The translations under genes and the position numbers were made by a program. The notes beneath the pieces are model-generated. The model was not told where the DNA came from, ran no database searches, and saw only the letters and a program-made list of their open reading frames with translations. Below are positions 61,435 to 62,655 of a stretch of 62,655 nucleotides of DNA, in pieces (the first letter of the stretch is position 1; each line of letters opens with the position of its first letter). The stretch comes from Acidimicrobiia bacterium (GTDB lineage Bacteria; Actinomycetota; Acidimicrobiia; Spongiisociales; UBA5794), in contig JAOZRW010000009.1 of assembly GCA_029939995.1 (NCBI GenBank), forward strand, positions 698 through 63,352, given 5' to 3'.

Positions 61435-62655
61435 ATGGCGAAGACGGATGATCGCCCAACGCTTCTGAGCCGCCGGGAGCGCATCCTGAAGAACATCGCG
61501 GGTCTTGCGATCCGTTTGATCTACCGGAGCGTCGAGGTGCGCGGGCGGCCGGGTGCCACCGCGTCGGGGCCGCAACTCACCGTGTCGAACCACTTCGGCG
61601 GATTCGCCGATGCCCTCATCCAGGCGTACGCGCTCGACCGGGTTCCCAGATTCATCGCTCGCGACGTGATCTGGCGCATCCCGGTAGCGAAGCAGATCAT
61701 GAAGTTCGTGCGGGCGATCCCGACCCACAAGCCGGAGGACGAGGGCCCGGCCGGAAACGACCAGATGTTCCGGTCGACGTACGATGCGCTCGCCGAAGGT
61801 GACCTGGTGATGATCTTCCCCGAGGGCGTCACCGTCGACGACCCTGCGATCGCACGGGTCAAGACGGGAGCTGCCAGGATCGCGTTGGGGGCGAGGGCCT
61901 CCGGCGTCGAGGGGATCGAGATCATCCCGTCCGGAATCCACTACGACGACAAGGGGTCGCTCCGTTCCAAAGTCTGGGTCAACGTGGGAAGGCCTCTGGA
62001 TCTCGATCGGGAGATCGACCGGTACTCCCCTCGCGGGACTCCCCAGGACGCGTCGAATCGGGAGGCGGTTCGCCGGCTGACGGCGGATATCGAGGAGATG
62101 CTGCGGAGATCGGCCCCCGACTACGCCGATTGGGAGGAGGAGCGGGCGCTCACGGAGGCCGCGTCGATCGCCCTCCGGACGGTGCCGGGCGCTCCCGTGG
62201 AAATCGACTACGGCACCGAGTCGGAACTCGCGAACGTGCTCTCGCAGCGATCGGCGGAGGCCAAGGCCCGGATCAAGGAGGCGCTGGATCGCTACACGAC
62301 GGATCTCGACGCTGCGGGGATCAACGATCGGCAGATGATCGGGTCGTTCGGCGAGCGCCGTTCGTTCCTGAAGCGGATCGGCTGGAACGTGCTGGTCGGG
62401 ATCGTCCTCCTGCCGTTCGCGCTCTTGGGACTGCTGATCAACATCGTGCCGCTCGCACTCCTCTGGCTGATCGGCCGTTTCAAACTCGATCCGGCCGTCG
62501 CGGCGACCGTGAAGCCCGGGGCGGCGATCCTGCTGTTCTCCATCACATGGGGGATCGCGGGATGGTCGGGCTGGACCTGGTCGGGGGTCTCGGGTCTCGT
62601 GGCGACGCTGCTCGTCATGCCGCTCTACATGTACGCACTGTTCGCCCTGTACGAG
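61435..62655 (+). CDS. PlsC-like glycerolipid acyltransferase with C-terminal TM helices (runs off the window end)
   Basis: Hand translation from ATG 61435 gives MAKTDDRPTLL...VSNHFGGFAD...FIARDV...IFPEGVT...KTGAARIA. No stop before the window end, so it is absent from the ORF track. Confidence 0.85.
   Translation, partial: MAKTDDRPTLLSRRERILKNIAGLAIRLIYRSVEVRGRPGATASGPQLTVSNHFGGFADALIQAYALDRVPRFIARDVIWRIPVAKQIMKFVRAIPTHKPEDEGPAGNDQMFRSTYDALAEGDLVMIFPEGVTVDDPAIARVKTGAARIALGARASGVEGIEIIPSGIHYDDKGSLRSKVWVNVGRPLDLDREIDRYSPRGTPQDASNREAVRRLTADIEEMLRRSAPDYADWEEERALTEAASIALRTVPGAPVEIDYGTESELANVLSQRSAEAKARIKEALDRYTTDLDAAGINDRQMIGSFGERRSFLKRIGWNVLVGIVLLPFALLGLLINIVPLALLWLIGRFKLDPAVAATVKPGAAILLFSITWGIAGWSGWTWSGVSGLVATLLVMPLYMYALFALYE

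Overview
High-GC actinobacterial chromosomal segment, probably Acidimicrobiia-like. That is an inference from gene content, Thr-rich lipoprotein linkers and frequent leaderless starts. It holds about 52 densely packed CDSs and one tRNA (anticodon CAT, probably tRNA-Ile2). In order, it contains: a complete olefin biosynthesis cluster (oleA-oleBC-oleD); a VanW/G5 surface protein; an FTR1 permease; an orphan AceE-like E1; a Co/Ni ECF transporter; smc-ftsY-cdd; etfBA; a nucleoside salvage operon; ffh-rpsP-khpA-rimM followed by icmF rather than trmD; a DUF222-HNH gene; an orphan ATP-grasp protein; split F420 FO synthase genes (cofG plus an extended cofH); class I fumarase; osmC; fadN-fadA; a BMP nucleoside ABC transporter with surE; hrpA; padR with a small RG-rich protein; ppa; a CtpE-like P-type ATPase; and a truncated PlsC-like acyltransferase. 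I found no CRISPR array, prophage, integrase or transposase, and most of the window is housekeeping. The most unusual observations are: (1) cofH carries what looks like a decayed CofG domain next to an intact cofG; (2) the P-type ATPase has PQGL instead of PEGL and abuts a lipid acyltransferase gene; (3) the DUF222-HNH gene has a PafBC-like leaderless promoter; (4) padR has a consensus promoter with twin operators and an RG-rich partner gene; (5) at least 13 genes have leaderless architecture. All family assignments come from motif recognition, not database searches.
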